Part shown: positions 11,751 to 22,143 of the stretch, one piece after another | How the letters are laid out: each line of letters starts with the position of its first letter | Numbering within the stretch: the first letter of the stretch is position 1 | Assembly (NCBI GenBank): GCA_963779615.1 | Contig: CAVZZA010000005.1 | Location: 736,001 to 800,000 of the forward strand | DNA: 64,000 nucleotides | DNA from: an uncultured Nitrososphaeraceae archaeon | GTDB lineage: Archaea; Thermoproteota; Nitrososphaeria; Nitrososphaerales; Nitrososphaeraceae | Direction of reading: 5' to 3' | Notes under the pieces: generated by a model | What the model was told of the DNA's origin: nothing | The model's database searches: none | Seen by the model: only the letters and a program-made list of their open reading frames with translations | Program-made: the position numbers and the translations under genes

Positions 11751-12610
11751 AAGAGCATGTCCTAAAATTGTCTTCCTATAGATGATGATGCTAGATGACA
11801 GACTGTACCAATCCAAGGTAATTCTCTGCCTTCTTTCCATATCCTGTGAAGTTTCCTGAACCTGTTGGCCATCATGAGTTGGTTCTCTCCACAACCCACC
11901 GCCTTCTTGGATGATATCTTTTTTGGAATGTTTTTTCTTTGTCCCTTGCCTGCTCCCCTCTCTTTCTCTTATGCGCCACATGAGACACATATTCCCGTTT
12001 GATTATCTCATGTTCCACCACCTTAGAACAGTACGCCCTGTCAAGGCACAGATGCTGTTTTGTTGTCTTGGTTTTTGGACTAACTTTACTTGGTGTAGGC
12101 TGCTGTTTCTTGATAACTGCGTTATCTATAACGTCTGTTACTACCTTTATATCGCGGGTATTTGCTGGTGTTATGACTGCAGACATAGGAGTGCCATTTT
12201 TGTCCGTCAAAATATGTCTTTTTGTGCCCAGTTTGCCTCTATCCGTGGGATTGGTACCTGTCATCGCCCCCCCCCAAAGGCGACTTTATCGATATGCTGT
12301 CTAGTGATTACCACATCCATTTGATTCCCTTTTTGTCATCATATGCTTTTAGCAACCCGGTCCATACCTTTTTGAAAATGCCTAGTTAAGCCCATTCCGG
12401 GAACCTTCTGTGGCATGTGGAACCGAAACCATATTCTCTAGGCAGCACCTACCACTGACATCAGGTCCTGAGAACACAGACAATGCCATCCATTACTTTT
12501 CTGCAGGGAACAATTGGGCGACCAATAGTGTTGTAGGGTTTTCCGCAGGCAAAACGGAAATAATCTCATCCCATAACTTATCTGGAATCCTTGAAGTGAC
12601 ATGTATACTC
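11751..12610 (-). mobile_element. IS5-family (IS427-like, two-ORF) transposase pseudogene
   Basis: RIPDKLWDEI, GSTCHRRF, SLDSISIKSPLGG (G8 run at 12266-12275 region), NPTDRGKLGTKRHILTD, LCLDRAY, RWVVERTNS; several in-frame stops; probable end AGAGCATGTCCTAAAA near 11752. Confidence 0.88.
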
Positions 12611-12790
12611 CGTTTCTGCTTCTGATGCTGATGGGTACAGGGCATATTTGAACAGTGATGGAATTAAGCATATTCCCATTGCTTGGGGTTGGGTATTCAG
12701 TCATAAAAGAAAAATAATAATAAAATCGTTGATAATGTGATTTCATCAGGGCAAAAGTCATTCTCTTGGTCATATCTTGCAAACAAACAA

Positions 12791-13171
12791 CTACGCCAAA
12801 AAGAGTTTCAATCCCACAGTTTTGAGTTCGTTAAAGTTTTCATTCAGCGAACATAAAGACGCCCCTTTATTTATGACAATTGAGGATATCATCAAAACCG
12901 TTGCCTTTGCTTTTATCCCCCTGTTTTCCAACTCTATTTCCAGTTCTGCTGCTTTTTCCGCATCTTGTTTGGAGAATCCATACACTTGTAACAAGTGTAT
13001 TGGAGGGGTTTTCATTTTCATCTTCATAAAAAAATGCAGAGTTTCGTATAGTGTTATGGACGTGATTGCAAAGTGCCCGCCATTTTTTTCCAGCTTTTCA
13101 TATATCTCCTGACCCCGTGTCGATTTTTTATTTAGTATTTTAACCAAAACATCAGTATCCAGAACTATCAA
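12791..13171 (-). CDS. vapC: PIN-domain VapC-like protein with degenerate active site
   Basis: LIVLDTDVL, ITSITLYE, DAEKAAEL; TTG start at 13171 preferred over track ATG 13192; expected third Asp replaced (ATVLMISS). Confidence 0.85.
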   Translation of the reverse strand: MIVLDTDVLVKILNKKSTRGQEIYEKLEKNGGHFAITSITLYETLHFFMKMKMKTPPIHLLQVYGFSKQDAEKAAELEIELENRGIKAKATVLMISSIVINKGASLCSLNENFNELKTVGLKLFLA

Positions 13172-13227
13172 AACTGGTGTGTCCCTCCCCATTCTCTAAC
13201 GTGCAAAAATCCTGACAGTTTCTCCTT

Positions 13228-13398
13228 TCATTTACCATCATCAAACTCTACCGACCCCCTTATTGTTGTGAGCGCCATGATCCCGCTAAGTTGGTTATCC
13301 AGCAGTCTTTCAAACAAGTCGCTAAAACTTTCATCCCTTCCCTTTTGCATGGATAAACGGTTGAACACCCCGTCTTTGATTGTGATCGTCCTTACCAT
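13228..13398 (-). CDS. vapB: VapB-type antitoxin, 56 aa, below the ORF-track cutoff
   Basis: MVRTITIKDGVFNRLSMQKGRDESFSDLFERLL matches the archaeal antitoxin pattern TITI..Y..L...K...ESFSD...RL; directly upstream of the PIN gene. Confidence 0.85.
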   Translation of the reverse strand: MVRTITIKDGVFNRLSMQKGRDESFSDLFERLLDNQLSGIMALTTIRGSVEFDDGK

Positions 13399-13436
13399 TT
13401 ATGTTGTGTTTAAACTGATGCTTAACTGTATTTAAA

Positions 13437-13469
13437 CTGTAGTTACAGGGACAGTGTTTAGTGTAAACA
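13437..13469. promoter_or_regulatory. Candidate vapBC operator: two short palindromes
   Basis: CTGTA-GT-TACAG (13437-13448) and TGTTTA-GTG-TAAACA (13455-13469) just upstream of vapB, beside TTTAAA boxes. Confidence 0.45.
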
Positions 13470-13710
13470 GTGTGAAGGTGTCAAATAACCACGCATAATG
13501 ACATTTTGGTTCTGCGTCAACCTTTTAACTTATCCCTGCTTTTGAATAATCGAAGAAATGCCACAGCAGCTGTATCTCCGATAGTGTGAGAACCCCATTA
13601 TGATGATAAACGCTTTTGATACCATGACAGGATGAGCGTGGCTTTTCACGGGCTATATATATAAAACCTAACGGTTTCTTTTTATTGTACAAGTTCCCAT
13701 ATTAACAAAA

Positions 13711-13752
13711 AATTAGTGAACAGCACTAATTGATAGTGACTCAGAGTCACTC
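13711..13752. promoter_or_regulatory. Adjacent perfect inverted repeats
   Basis: AATTAGTG-N5-CACTAATT (13711-13731) and AGTGACTC-A-GAGTCACT (13735-13751). Confidence 0.55.
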
Positions 13753-13882
13753 TCTATTGGCAAATGTGAAGGCAAGATAAAGGAAACAGCAGTTATCGCC
13801 AACTTTATTTACTGAAAACCATATTTAGGTTCCAAAGTAAGCATAATCCCGGATGGCAGAACCTGAACAAATTGGTGATCAT

Positions 13883-13910
13883 GAGTTACTCCGAGTTACT
13901 CTTTATATAT
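13883..13910 (+). promoter_or_regulatory. Tandem GAGTTACTC boxes abutting the TATA box of the zinc-finger gene
   Basis: GAGTTACTC-C-GAGTTACTC then TTTATATAT (13902-13910), about 22 nt before GTG 13932. Confidence 0.6.
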
Positions 13911-13931
13911 GACTGACAGTAATGGATAACT

Positions 13932-14537
13932 GTGGGCAGAGACTTATACGGCTGCACAGGCTGCAAAAAAACATTTGGCCGAAGATATAACGCCGAACGC
14001 CACAATAAGCAGGTCCATGATGAAATGGCTATAGTATACGACAACAAAACCAACAGGGTTTCAGACAAAAGAACAATGGCGAGCAAAAGGGCATCGATAG
14101 CCGTTCCCAACAGTATGGGCATAGGCAAAGAGGCAAACAGATTCACCATCAATCCCTTGAAAACCACACATTCAGAGTCATCAAACGACAAAGACAATGA
14201 TGACGAGGAAAAAATTTCCAAGGTTTTTGGAAAAATGCTTCCCCTAATCGAGAAACTTGAAAGTCTGTTATCCGATACACCCACTGCAGAAAGAACAGGC
14301 ATAGTTGGCCAAATAATCATGACCTCCCTGATGACCTCAAACCCAGTCAAAGCCATGAGGGATGCGATTAATTTTCACAACTCAATCAAAGGTACGAAAA
14401 AGGCATCATACTTAGTGGCGGCATGGAAAAACATACCACCCGTACAGGCCCAGGAATTGTTAAGGTCAACTATTATGAATGCACCCTATTTTAAAAGAAA
14501 ACTAGATTACAATATCAGCAGGTACCGCAACAACTAA
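13932..14537 (+). CDS. C2H2 zinc-finger protein
   Basis: YGCTGCKKTFGRRYNAERHNKQVH = C-x2-C-x3-F-x8-H-x4-H; helical C-terminal domain. Confidence 0.85.
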   Translation: MGRDLYGCTGCKKTFGRRYNAERHNKQVHDEMAIVYDNKTNRVSDKRTMASKRASIAVPNSMGIGKEANRFTINPLKTTHSESSNDKDNDDEEKISKVFGKMLPLIEKLESLLSDTPTAERTGIVGQIIMTSLMTSNPVKAMRDAINFHNSIKGTKKASYLVAAWKNIPPVQAQELLRSTIMNAPYFKRKLDYNISRYRNN

Positions 14538-15131
14538 TTTAAAAGAAACAGATTAACCCATTCAAGGAAGAAATCGGAATTGGGAATCCGGGCTTTCAAA
14601 AGGCATTAGTGAAAAGAAACAGGAACTCATTTTATACGGATAGAGACCAACAAGTCCAAATCAATAAGAAGGGTTTTTTGGATTAGTAACACAATGCAAT
14701 TTCTTTAATAAACACAATAAATAACAAAATTTCTTATTTTAAAGGATATCTATCATTTTAACAAAAAAGATGCATAACAAAATAATGGCGACACCGATCC
14801 CTTGCGATTTTCATCCCAAATCTATATCGATATTTAGAATAGATTCGTTACCGGTTAAATGATATTCCAAGGCCTCTGCAATTGTGTTTTTGTTACAAGT
14901 GTTCTATCGGATGCTGTGTCATAACACAAATGTATGACTGAAAAGTAGAACCCAAAAGCAATCAAGCATATGAAAGGATGCTAATAAAATACTAAATTGT
15001 TAACTGTATTATTAAAATGAATTATGGCTCAGGCTCAATAAAATAATTTAACAGGATAAAGTCAATCAAAAACACCATTATAAAGAATAAATAATATATT
15101 TTATTTTGTTAATATCAGGAAAAAAAAGTTA

Positions 15132-16529
15132 TTGAAAATACCCGGAGTCATATTAGCTGGCGTAACAAGCGGAGTTGGAAAGACAACTATTGCAATGGCA
15201 ATAATACACGGCCTCCAAAAAAAAGGTTACAAAGTTCAACCATTTAAAATAGGACCTGATTATATAGACCCCTCATATCACAATGCGATAGCAAAAAAAA
15301 GTTCTAAAAATTTAGACGTATGGTTAATGGGCAAACAAGGCATTATGGAATCTTTTTTCAACTCTACGAAAGATTCAGATTTTACAGTAATAGAAGGGGT
15401 AATGGGTTTATTTGACGGCCTCTCAGGAAAAAACAACTACGCGAGCACCGCACATGTTTCGAAAATCATCGATATTCCATTGATTTTGGTAGTAGATGCC
15501 AGGAAAACTGCAAGATCACTGGCTGCAATAACTTTGGGCTTTGTAAAGTTTGACAGGAAAGTAAAGATTGCAGGGGTAATAATTAACCACATTGCGAGTG
15601 AACGGCATTTAAAATACATTATGGAAGCCTTTCAATCAAAAATAAAGATACCCATAGTAGGTAAAATATTCAACAGCAAAGATGCCAAACTCCAGGAAAG
15701 ACATCTGGGATTAGTTCCCACCAGGGAGTTAGGCCATAACAGCATAGGCAGCATAATTGAAAATGCCAAAAAGGTTTCAAAAGATATTGATATAGAAAAA
15801 GTGGTAGAAATTGGTCACAATAATAAGGAAAATGCCAATAAACAATATGATCATTATCAAAAAAACATAAAAAAGGAACCAAATGAAAAAAAAATTAAAA
15901 TTTCAATTGCCCTTGACAAGTCATTTAATTTTTACTATAAAGACAATTTAGAAATATTGCAAAAAAAAGCGAGAATAGAGTTTTTTAGTCCCATAGAAAA
16001 TAATATAATTCCAACTGATAGCAAAGGCATTATAATAGGCGGAGGCTTTCCAGAGATAATTGCAGACGCATTAGAAAAGAATTCATCAATGAAAAAAAAC
16101 ATCATGAAATTGGCACAAGACAACATACCAATTTACGCAGAGTGTGGTGGTTTGATGTACTTGACAAAATCAATTTCAGGCTATGGTGGCAAAAACAAGA
16201 AATATAAAATGGTGGGGTTATTTGACGCAGAAACAATAATGACGAAAAAACTAACATTAGGGTACACAGAAGCTACATTGGACAATAACAAAACTATTTT
16301 TGGAAACATAAAAAGATTACGAGGTCACGAGTTCCATTATTCTGAAATAATTAACAACCACAGGGATTTAAAGCTAATTTATAAATTAAAGAAGGGAAAG
16401 GGAATCACTAATGGATATGATGGTGCTTATTCAAACAGATGTATTGCATCATATATGCACATACATTTTATCAATTCCATGATCTCAAACAATTTTATAG
16501 AAAGCTGTTACAATTACTCCAAAAAGTAA
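15132..16529 (+). CDS. cbiA: Cobyrinate a,c-diamide synthase
   Basis: SGVGKTT, FKIGPDYIDP, EGVMGLFDG, ERHLGL, AECGGLMYL, GHEFHYS. Confidence 0.96.
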   Translation: MKIPGVILAGVTSGVGKTTIAMAIIHGLQKKGYKVQPFKIGPDYIDPSYHNAIAKKSSKNLDVWLMGKQGIMESFFNSTKDSDFTVIEGVMGLFDGLSGKNNYASTAHVSKIIDIPLILVVDARKTARSLAAITLGFVKFDRKVKIAGVIINHIASERHLKYIMEAFQSKIKIPIVGKIFNSKDAKLQERHLGLVPTRELGHNSIGSIIENAKKVSKDIDIEKVVEIGHNNKENANKQYDHYQKNIKKEPNEKKIKISIALDKSFNFYYKDNLEILQKKARIEFFSPIENNIIPTDSKGIIIGGGFPEIIADALEKNSSMKKNIMKLAQDNIPIYAECGGLMYLTKSISGYGGKNKKYKMVGLFDAETIMTKKLTLGYTEATLDNNKTIFGNIKRLRGHEFHYSEIINNHRDLKLIYKLKKGKGITNGYDGAYSNRCIASYMHIHFINSMISNNFIESCYNYSKK

Positions 16530-16627
16530 CCAAAGTGCAAGGCAAACCGCCTAAAAATGATAGAAAAATCCAACAAAAGATTAAAAGAAAATTCATTGAT
16601 AAGAAAAGGAACGCGGTAGAAAACTAG

Positions 16628-17335
16628 TTAATTATTTTTCTCTTTTTTTTGATTTGCAATATACAGCAACATAAGGGCATTGATTATTGATGAAGCTGCA
16701 GAACTTCCCCCTTTCCTCCCGCTATTCGTTATAAAAGGAATGTTTAATTTGGATAGTTCGTATTTTGATTCAACTGCAGAAACAAATCCAACGGGCAGAC
16801 CTATAACAAGAAATGGGGAAAGTTTATTTTCCTTGATCAAAGAGACAACTTCATATAAAGCCGTAGGAGCATTCCCGATCACAACAATGCCGTTGTTTAT
16901 TTTATCCATTGCTTTTTGGATTGCCAATTCGGATCGGGTTTTCTCAAACTTTTTTGAATTTTCCATACATTCTGGATCATTTATATAACAAACACCCGTC
17001 ATGTTGAGGCTAGAAAGAGATTTTTTATTTATTCCATGTAAAACCATTTCCACATCAGTTACAACATAGGATTGGTTGGAGAATGCCAAAAATGCAGAAT
17101 CAATGGCATTCTTATGGAAAACAATTTTACAATTTTTCGCAAAATCAAAATCCGCAGTTGCATGAATAACCCTTCTTACGATCACCCACTGGTCTTCACT
17201 GTAGTCATGCGTCCCAATTTCCGATTCAATAATATCAAAGCTCTGTTTTTCAATGCTAAAAGAACGTGTTGACATATCACGCCCTCTCGCAGAACCGCTT
17301 TTATAATCACTTTCAGAATTATTTGAAGAGGCCAC
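16628..17335 (-). CDS. cbiC: Cobalt-precorrin-8 methylmutase
   Basis: RRVIHATADFD, GNAPTAL, PVGFVSAVESK, GRKGGS; exact start uncertain. Confidence 0.95.
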   Translation of the reverse strand: MASSNNSESDYKSGSARGRDMSTRSFSIEKQSFDIIESEIGTHDYSEDQWVIVRRVIHATADFDFAKNCKIVFHKNAIDSAFLAFSNQSYVVTDVEMVLHGINKKSLSSLNMTGVCYINDPECMENSKKFEKTRSELAIQKAMDKINNGIVVIGNAPTALYEVVSLIKENKLSPFLVIGLPVGFVSAVESKYELSKLNIPFITNSGRKGGSSAASSIINALMLLYIANQKKEKNN

Positions 17336-18077
17336 TTTTGATTTCAGAGTCCTTAGCTAAAAATATGACAAGGCTGATTATTAACGAATCAACACCTATG
17401 TGTTCAGCTATATGTAAGTTTTTAAATTCATATTTTTTCAACGCTTTATCAATATCAATTAATATATCTTTTTGTATATGAATACCCCTGTGCAAGAAGT
17501 AAGGGATAACATATATTGCCTCAGGATTTGAAGCAAGACAATCTTTAATGCCTTCTTCGATGTTAGGCGGTTCTAGTTCAAGAAAACAATAATTAACATA
17601 TTTAAAGCGATCTCTTAAACTATTTACCGTGTATAAGAACGCATCTCTAGCCCGCCTATCACTGCTACCATGGCCAATTAACAAAAGAGAATAATTGTTT
17701 TCATTGATATTCTTCCCATATAATAAGGAATTAACCCGATCAAGAACAATTTTTGATATTGTTGGTTGGTATGACAATGGCTTTGTAATCACCATTTTAC
17801 TTGTAATATGCTTAGCAAAATTGGCGGTCTGTTTTACTGCGTCTTTAAGTTTCATTCCAGGATAAAGAAAATAAGGGACCACAGTTATAGTATCGACACG
17901 CTGAGCCAGGCATTTGTTTATACCTTCTTCAATGAATGGAGGCAAAACTTCAAGAAAACAAAAATCCACATAATAATAATCTGTTTGATCCTTTATTTTT
18001 GAACAAGTATCCAGCAATTCTTGCTGCACTTCCTTCATTTTGCTTCCACGGTCAATTATTAACAAGGCTTTTTTCAA
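17319..18077 (-). CDS. cbiX: Sirohydrochlorin cobaltochelatase, two-domain CbiX
   Basis: Duplicated CbiX domains (DRGS..FLE..P..PYFL; GHGS..FLELEPP..PYFLHRGIHI..DI). Confidence 0.92.
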   Translation of the reverse strand: MKKALLIIDRGSKMKEVQQELLDTCSKIKDQTDYYYVDFCFLEVLPPFIEEGINKCLAQRVDTITVVPYFLYPGMKLKDAVKQTANFAKHITSKMVITKPLSYQPTISKIVLDRVNSLLYGKNINENNYSLLLIGHGSSDRRARDAFLYTVNSLRDRFKYVNYCFLELEPPNIEEGIKDCLASNPEAIYVIPYFLHRGIHIQKDILIDIDKALKKYEFKNLHIAEHIGVDSLIISLVIFLAKDSEIKSGLFK

Positions 18078-19156
18078 TTATATATCACCCTACTTATTGC
18101 AACTGTCAAATCTGGAGGAAATTTTCTTTTAGGTACTATTAAAACACCATTAGAAGCTAATAAGGATGATGCTTCAGATACGCTATAGGTACCTTCATAT
18201 TTTTCAACAATTTCTGATGGGTTGGGTACATTAATTCTTCCAAGATTTTCTTTAGAAAATAGCAAAGTACTCAAACCATAGCCTTTACAAAATTCATCTA
18301 GGCCTTTAACAAGCTTTCCCCTATCCAATGATGCGATGAATTTAACGCTTTTAAAACTCAAGTTATTTTCACTCAATACATTGAATATTCCATTTTCGAT
18401 TTTTTCTTTTGTCGTATCCCAATGAAGACCAACTCCTACAGCCAATGTTTTAGGCCTATAGATAACGGATTTCTTTAACAACAATTCATTAGAAATCAGT
18501 TTATCTGTGATGATAAGAGATGCCTTGTAATTATCGGATACAAGATCATTTATATCATTTACAATATCAACATTTTTTGGCAGATCATTTAGATTCCACC
18601 AATTTTTTTCACCAGCGTCTTGGAAAATGCCTACTTTTTCTTCATTTACCATCATAGCACTAGCTTTGGTAACGTTTTCATAATTGTCTATTGCCCATCC
18701 CAATTTGTTGCCAATTAAATCAACTGAAATAGTTTTATTAACATCAGCCGCAGTCGTAACAACAGGTATGGATTTTAGAAAATCAGAGATTTGTAAGGCA
18801 AGTTCATTTGCACCACCCAAATGTCCTGAAAGCGTACTTATCACAAATTTTGCAGCATCATCAATCACTACCACAGCAGGATCGGTTTTCTTATCCTTTA
18901 AATAAGGAGCAACAAGCCTAACTACAGCGCCTAAAGAAAAAATGAGTATCAAAGAATTGTAGTTGGAAAAAAGATAGCCAATTTTTTGAGTCACAGGTTC
19001 TTGAAAATATGTTATAGATGGATCAGGATTTTGAAATTTTGATGGGGCAAATATATCAGCAACGTCAAACGCATTTTTTAGTTTTTTAGCTATCTCCATT
19101 CCCTTTTTAGTAATAGCAACTATTGCAATATCTCTTTTATCCAAACTCACTGTCAT
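18074..19156 (-). CDS. cbiG: Cobalt-precorrin-5A hydrolase
   Basis: DKKTDPAVVVID, LSGHLGGAN, VTTAAD, SVSEAS. Confidence 0.95.
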   Translation of the reverse strand: MTVSLDKRDIAIVAITKKGMEIAKKLKNAFDVADIFAPSKFQNPDPSITYFQEPVTQKIGYLFSNYNSLILIFSLGAVVRLVAPYLKDKKTDPAVVVIDDAAKFVISTLSGHLGGANELALQISDFLKSIPVVTTAADVNKTISVDLIGNKLGWAIDNYENVTKASAMMVNEEKVGIFQDAGEKNWWNLNDLPKNVDIVNDINDLVSDNYKASLIITDKLISNELLLKKSVIYRPKTLAVGVGLHWDTTKEKIENGIFNVLSENNLSFKSVKFIASLDRGKLVKGLDEFCKGYGLSTLLFSKENLGRINVPNPSEIVEKYEGTYSVSEASSLLASNGVLIVPKRKFPPDLTVAISRVIYN

Positions 19157-19276
19157 TTAATTCATCCAACCTCTTAAACGTCCTTAATAATATTTTTTAA
19201 ACGGTATTATAACAGTTCTCAAATCCACAATCCACCAATTTGACAAATACAATAGAAAATTAAAAGCATAATTAGA

Positions 19277-20491
19277 CTATTTTGGATATTTACCTATAAC
19301 GTTACCTTCAAAGTTAAACATAATTATATCGATCAAGAGTTGATTGTTTGAATATCCGCTCATTTGATTAAATGCATATTTGCACAAAAGATCATAATAA
19401 CCAACAATATGAGAGGAATCAATTATTTCAGATACATGTCGAGCAGTATTTGCATTTTTTATTAATTCAATGACGTTTTCATGAACTTTGCGTTCCTTAG
19501 CTAGTTCAGCCATAAAATCCATATTGACGTGTGAGCCCCTTACATGAGTTTGTTTTACGCCCATGGCTATCTTGGTTAATTTACCAATGAAGCCGGCAAT
19601 AACTATCTTTTTCACTTTTTTTTCAAAACACTGTTTAACACTATATCCTGCAAAATCACCCATTTGAACGTAAGAGTGGTCAGGATAGGTTGTTCCGAAT
19701 AAAGTTTTGCAAAAATCTTCACTCCTTCCTCCGGTGGTGAGTATGAAAACACTAGAATTTAAGGCTATTCCAACATCTAGACTCTGTCTTATGGATGCTG
19801 CAAAAGAAGCCGTAGAGTAAGGAAGAACTATGCCAGTGGTTCCAAGGATTGATATCCCGCCAAGTATACCCAATCGAGGATTATCGGTTTTTTTTGCTAT
19901 TTCCTCACCCGCAGGAACAGAAATGATAACACCTAAACCATTATTTTTCATTATTTGGTTATTGCTTTTAATTACGTCATTCACAGATTGAATAATCATC
20001 TTCATTGGGACAGGATTAATTGCTGCTGAACCTATCGACAAACCAAGCCCAGGCTTTGTCACTCTGCCAACACCAATTCCACCATCAACGACTATTTTCC
20101 CAATGTTTTTGGTCAATTGTACAGTAGAACAAATCTCAGCCCCATGAGTTACGTCAGGGTCATCACCGCCGTCTTTAATCACAGCACAAGTTACAGAGTC
20201 ATCGTCAAATCGCGTCCAAGAAATTTTTAAAGTAACCACTTTGCCCTTTGGAAGGGTTATTTGAACACCATCTGACTGGGTTTTAGTCAGGAGTGCTAAC
20301 AAGGCGGCTTTAGTTGCGGCAGATGCAGATGTCCCCGTGGTGAGACCACTTTTTAAAAGACCCTTTTGTTTTTTTTCATTTATTTCTTTTGGAAGATCTT
20401 GTTCTTTTTCTGCAATAGATAAATCATCATCATCATTATCGTCATTTTGTTGAAGTTCATCCTCAGCAGAACCTTTAAAAATATTAATCAA
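19277..20491 (-). CDS. cbiD: Cobalt-precorrin-5B C1-methyltransferase
   Basis: GLTTGTSASAA, KDGGDDPDVTHG, NPRLGILGGISILGTTG; acidic N-terminal extension. Confidence 0.96.
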   Translation of the reverse strand: MINIFKGSAEDELQQNDDNDDDDLSIAEKEQDLPKEINEKKQKGLLKSGLTTGTSASAATKAALLALLTKTQSDGVQITLPKGKVVTLKISWTRFDDDSVTCAVIKDGGDDPDVTHGAEICSTVQLTKNIGKIVVDGGIGVGRVTKPGLGLSIGSAAINPVPMKMIIQSVNDVIKSNNQIMKNNGLGVIISVPAGEEIAKKTDNPRLGILGGISILGTTGIVLPYSTASFAASIRQSLDVGIALNSSVFILTTGGRSEDFCKTLFGTTYPDHSYVQMGDFAGYSVKQCFEKKVKKIVIAGFIGKLTKIAMGVKQTHVRGSHVNMDFMAELAKERKVHENVIELIKNANTARHVSEIIDSSHIVGYYDLLCKYAFNQMSGYSNNQLLIDIIMFNFEGNVIGKYPK

Positions 20492-20562
20492 GATAGGGCA
20501 CCATCAACCTAATTAAAAAAATATTTTTCAAATGATATATTTTGAATAAGAAACACAATTAA

Positions 20563-21717
20563 TCAATTTAAAAGAGTTTTCAAAAGGTCTATTTTATTGG
20601 TTTGTTCCCAGGCAAAATTAGCGTCAGACCTTCCAAAATGACCATAGGCAGAGGTTTTTTTATAGATGGGCCTCTTCAAATCCAAAGTTTTTATTATTCC
20701 CGCAGGGGTAGTATCAAATACATCTTTAACTTTCTTTTCAATTTCCTCTTCTGGTACAGTGGTAGTGTTAAACGTATCAATCATTATGGAAATAGGTTTG
20801 GCAACCCCGATTGCGTACGCTATTTGAACTTCGCATTTTGAAGCTAAACCAGAAGCCACAATATTTTTAGAGATATACCTTGCCATATAACAAGCAGACC
20901 GATCTACCTTTGAGGGATCCTTCCCTGAAAATGCTCCGCCACCATGACGCCCCATTCCCCCATAAGTATCTGCAATTATTTTTCTTCCAGTCAATCCAGT
21001 ATCTCCTGGAGGCCCACCGATTACAAACCTACCAGTAGGATTTACAAAAATTTTGGTGTTCACACCTATCCAATCTTCACAAACTGGCTTAATCACATGA
21101 TTGTTTATTTCTTCAAATATTTGTTGTTGTGATACATCCGGTGAATGTTGAGTTGACAAAACAATTGTATCGATTGTTTTTGGTTTATTATCTTCGTACA
21201 AAATAGATACTTGAGACTTTCCGTCTGGTCTAACCCAGTCCAACTCCTTTGTTTTTCTTACAGTCGATAAACATAGTGAAAGTTTATGTGCAAGTGTGAT
21301 TGGCAAAGGCATTAATTCGGGGGTTTCATCTATAGCAAATCCAAACATTAGCCCCTGGTCTCCGGCACCTTGCTCCTTTATCTCATTTGAAGATACACCC
21401 AATGAGATATCGGGGCTCTGTTCATGCAATGACACTAAAACTGAACATGTGTTACCATCGAACCCGTATTCAGGCTTATTGTATCCTATATCATTAATTT
21501 CATTTCTTACTATATCCTGTATATCTAATTTTTTTTTAGATGTAACTTCTCCTGCTACAATAACTAAACCTGTAGTAGTCAATGTCTCGACGGCAACCCT
21601 AGAATCAGGATCATATTTTAAAAACTCATCTAAAACAGAATCAGAAATTCTATCACAGATTTTATCCGGATGGCCCTCTGTTACACTTTCAGAAGTAAAT
21701 ATGGATCGTCTTGACAT
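20563..21717 (-). CDS. metK: Methionine adenosyltransferase, bacterial/eukaryal type
   Basis: [25 protein letters not shown] signatures. Confidence 0.97.
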   Translation of the reverse strand: MSRRSIFTSESVTEGHPDKICDRISDSVLDEFLKYDPDSRVAVETLTTTGLVIVAGEVTSKKKLDIQDIVRNEINDIGYNKPEYGFDGNTCSVLVSLHEQSPDISLGVSSNEIKEQGAGDQGLMFGFAIDETPELMPLPITLAHKLSLCLSTVRKTKELDWVRPDGKSQVSILYEDNKPKTIDTIVLSTQHSPDVSQQQIFEEINNHVIKPVCEDWIGVNTKIFVNPTGRFVIGGPPGDTGLTGRKIIADTYGGMGRHGGGAFSGKDPSKVDRSACYMARYISKNIVASGLASKCEVQIAYAIGVAKPISIMIDTFNTTTVPEEEIEKKVKDVFDTTPAGIIKTLDLKRPIYKKTSAYGHFGRSDANFAWEQTNKIDLLKTLLN

Positions 21718-21760
21718 TCTTATCTCTTTAAAAATACACTTCAGATGATTACATTAATAA

Positions 21761-22018
21761 TTAAAATTCTTTTTCCAATTTAATGAAAAGTACATTATTC
21801 CCTCTGATAACCACTTTACCATAATTTGCCATTAAATCATTGCCATCAAATTCTTCTGCATCGCTTAAAATAAGATTCATGTAGGAATCTACATTTGTCA
21901 TTCTACCTCTGTATTCAATTTCGCTTTTTAATCTTACAGCAACTTTTCTATTCACAGATCGTTGCAATACATTCAAAGGTCTTTTAGTAGGTTGCTGTTG
22001 TGAAGGAGATGTGGCCAT
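21761..22018 (-). CDS. lsm: Sm-like archaeal protein (Lsm/SmAP)
   Basis: Sm1 (YRGRMTNVDSYMNLIL) and Sm2 (VVIRGNNV) motifs. Confidence 0.95.
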   Translation of the reverse strand: MATSPSQQQPTKRPLNVLQRSVNRKVAVRLKSEIEYRGRMTNVDSYMNLILSDAEEFDGNDLMANYGKVVIRGNNVLFIKLEKEF

Positions 22019-22143
22019 ATTGTTAGTCTATTGTGAAAAATCTAGGCGACAATAAAAAGCTTCCTTTATGAAAAGTGAATAACATAAAATAAGAGTTATA
22101 GAAACTATTAAAAATATTTATTTAATAAACCTATAATCACCCC

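Noticed and set aside
14540-15131. Possible cobalamin riboswitch upstream of cbiA
   Set aside because: No recognisable B12-box or conserved core; the region is AT-rich
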